From the NCBI GenBank assembly GCA_033549325.1, contig JAWSUU010000001.1:1-62648 (forward strand): a DNA stretch of 62,648 nucleotides, read 5' to 3'. Position numbers and translations under genes: made by a program. Of the stretch, positions 61,303-62,648 are shown piece by piece (position 1 is the stretch's first letter; each line of letters begins with the position of its first letter). Source of the stretch: Bacillota bacterium. Its GTDB lineage: Bacteria; Bacillota; Clostridia; Tissierellales; Dethiosulfatibacteraceae. The notes under the pieces are model-generated. The model saw only the letters and a program-made list of their open reading frames with translations, had not been told where the DNA came from and did not search any database.

Positions 61303-62648
61303 TTAATCTACTCCTTTATTGTTTAATATATATTTTAATTCATTGAAAAATAATGATTCTTTTCCGCTTGATAAAACGTGGAGACTTTCTCTTGCTCTTG
61401 TCATACCAACGTAAAAAATTCTTCTTTCTTCTTCCAGAGTTTTTTCAAAATCAATTTCTTCTCTGTTTTCAGCAGGAAACTCTCCATGGTTATTGTCTAT
61501 TAAAAATACATTATCATACTCTAATCCTTTGGCACTGTGTATGGATGATAACACTACCTCTGCATCTCTGTTGTTTGATAATTCTAATCTGTTTTTTAAT
61601 TCAGACAATTTACCTTCAAATTCATGAATGTTTTTTATTTCATCTCCCAATTCCTTTAATATATCTAAAATAACCTTGGCATTTGAATATCTTATAATTC
61701 CATTTTCTTCCAATCTGTATAAATAATCTAGGTAATCCATTTCATAAAGCAGAAATTCGATACCCTCTTTAATATCCAACTTTGAAAGTTCAAGTATATT
61801 TTCTTTAAATCTGCTTATATTCTTTTCCAGCCTTTTATCTGTATCAAAGTACATGCCTAATCTTTCGTTTATACTTCCTTCTCCGTTGACTAGGAACTGA
61901 GCCATATTTTTATTAAAGTAAGAATTACATTTATAATAAATTCTTTTAAAGGAATCTTTGTCTCTACCATCTCTACTTAATTTAAAGAAAGCAATTATAT
62001 CCTTTAAAATATTGTTGTTAAAAAAATTATCTACAGAATCTTTAATATAAAAGTCTATATTCTCTTTTAATAATAAGTTTGCCGGCAATATAGCTGAAAC
62101 ATTGTATCTATATAGTATACCAGTGGTCTTCTCTGTGTTAAGTTTATCTTTTATATATTCTACAGATTCTTTTTTGTTTTCTATTTTTATTATATTTATA
62201 GGATTGATTTCTTCTTTGTTTGAAATTATTTTCTTTTGATATCTTAATTTATTGCGTTTTATAAATTTAGATGCAGCCTTAACAATATTTTTATCAGAGC
62301 GATAATTCTTACTAAGATAGTAAATTTTACCCTCAGGATAATCTTCCTTAAAATTTAACAAAAACTCAGGATAACTTCCTCTAAATGAGTAAATAGACTG
62401 ATCATCATCCCCAACCATGAAAATATTATCTCTGGATATCATTTTAATTATTAAATGCTGAATTTTTGAAGTATCCTGAACTTCATCGATTTGAATATAA
62501 TCGTATTTGTTTATTAATCTATCTCTTTGTACTTTGCTGTTTCTTAAAATTTTATAAGCATATATAAGTATATCATCAAAGTCGATAAAATTATTTTTTC
62601 TTTTGAATTTTTCGTATTTGTCAAATATCTCATCAAATTTTCTAATAT
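61303..62648 (-). CDS. UvrD/PcrA-like SF1A helicase, 3' part (continues beyond window end)
   Basis: The reading frame stays open upstream of the track's Met. The reverse strand reads ...IDEVQDTSKIQHLIIKMISRDNIFMVGDDDQSIYSFRG (motifs II and III). The C-terminus has SSIHSAKGLEYDNVF and FYVGMTRA (motifs V and VI). Confidence 0.75.
   Translation of the reverse strand, partial: IRKFDEIFDKYEKFKRKNNFIDFDDILIYAYKILRNSKVQRDRLINKYDYIQIDEVQDTSKIQHLIIKMISRDNIFMVGDDDQSIYSFRGSYPEFLLNFKEDYPEGKIYYLSKNYRSDKNIVKAASKFIKRNKLRYQKKIISNKEEINPINIIKIENKKESVEYIKDKLNTEKTTGILYRYNVSAILPANLLLKENIDFYIKDSVDNFFNNNILKDIIAFFKLSRDGRDKDSFKRIYYKCNSYFNKNMAQFLVNGEGSINERLGMYFDTDKRLEKNISRFKENILELSKLDIKEGIEFLLYEMDYLDYLYRLEENGIIRYSNAKVILDILKELGDEIKNIHEFEGKLSELKNRLELSNNRDAEVVLSSIHSAKGLEYDNVFLIDNNHGEFPAENREEIDFEKTLEEERRIFYVGMTRARESLHVLSSGKESLFFNELKYILNNKGVD

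Overview
This is a visibly AT-rich, densely packed chromosomal segment. Its gene content fits an anaerobic low-GC Firmicute of Clostridia/Tissierellia type, but no taxon can be assigned from sequence alone.

**What I can support**
- 60 protein-coding genes. Two run off the window edges and one is frameshifted.
- One methionine T-box leader and one unclassified attenuator-like leader.
- A set of sigma-A-type promoters, one sigma-54-type promoter, operator palindromes and intrinsic terminators.
- I saw no rRNA, tRNA, CRISPR array, transposase, integrase or prophage signature.

**Gene order, left to right**
- A secreted M6-like peptidase gene (partial).
- A sulfur-handling cluster: DUF1622, a split YeeE/YedE pair, and an MBL-rhodanese fusion.
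- An SLC13 permease, an Isf-like flavoprotein, hom, and an extended UPF0016 protein.
- znuACB and a divergent zur.
- An ECF S-component and a divergent MocR regulator.
- An AI-2E transporter, a DUF1576-like protein with a coupled small protein, and a GAF-GGDEF protein.
- leuS, a GNAT acetyltransferase, a long glutamine synthetase, a Sir2 deacylase and a HAD hydrolase.
- rnmV-rsmA, tatD and metG.
- A yabO / hup / yabN(mazG) / yabM-like block.
- kdd-kal (lysine fermentation), hpf, comFC and recD2.
- An acyl-ACP thioesterase, NfeD and an SPFH protein, a UPF0316 protein, and a frameshifted opine-dehydrogenase gene.
- iorAB.
- The region of main interest (described below).
- Cobamide nucleotide-loop genes cobO, cobS, a cblS-like gene and cobU, packed behind an FAD protein, a phosphohexomutase and a UvrD-like helicase (partial).

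**The stand-out, 47.6-55.6 kb**
A HutC-type GntR regulator is divergently transcribed from a translationally coupled three-gene operon. The shared control region carries a perfect 20-bp palindrome. The operon encodes:
1. A 1,628-aa fusion of an HD phosphohydrolase domain, about 500 aa of HEAT-like repeats, an NMNAT/NadD-like nucleotidyltransferase domain with a degenerate HxGH motif, and a PurF-type phosphoribosyltransferase domain with a degenerate PRPP loop.
2. A divergent LDH/MDH-fold protein with an N-terminal extension.
3. A two-domain Isf-like (FMN plus Cys-cluster) flavoprotein.

I know of no characterised system with this composition. I flag it as a candidate (di)nucleotide-making or -remodelling redox system that needs homology and structure searches I cannot run here.
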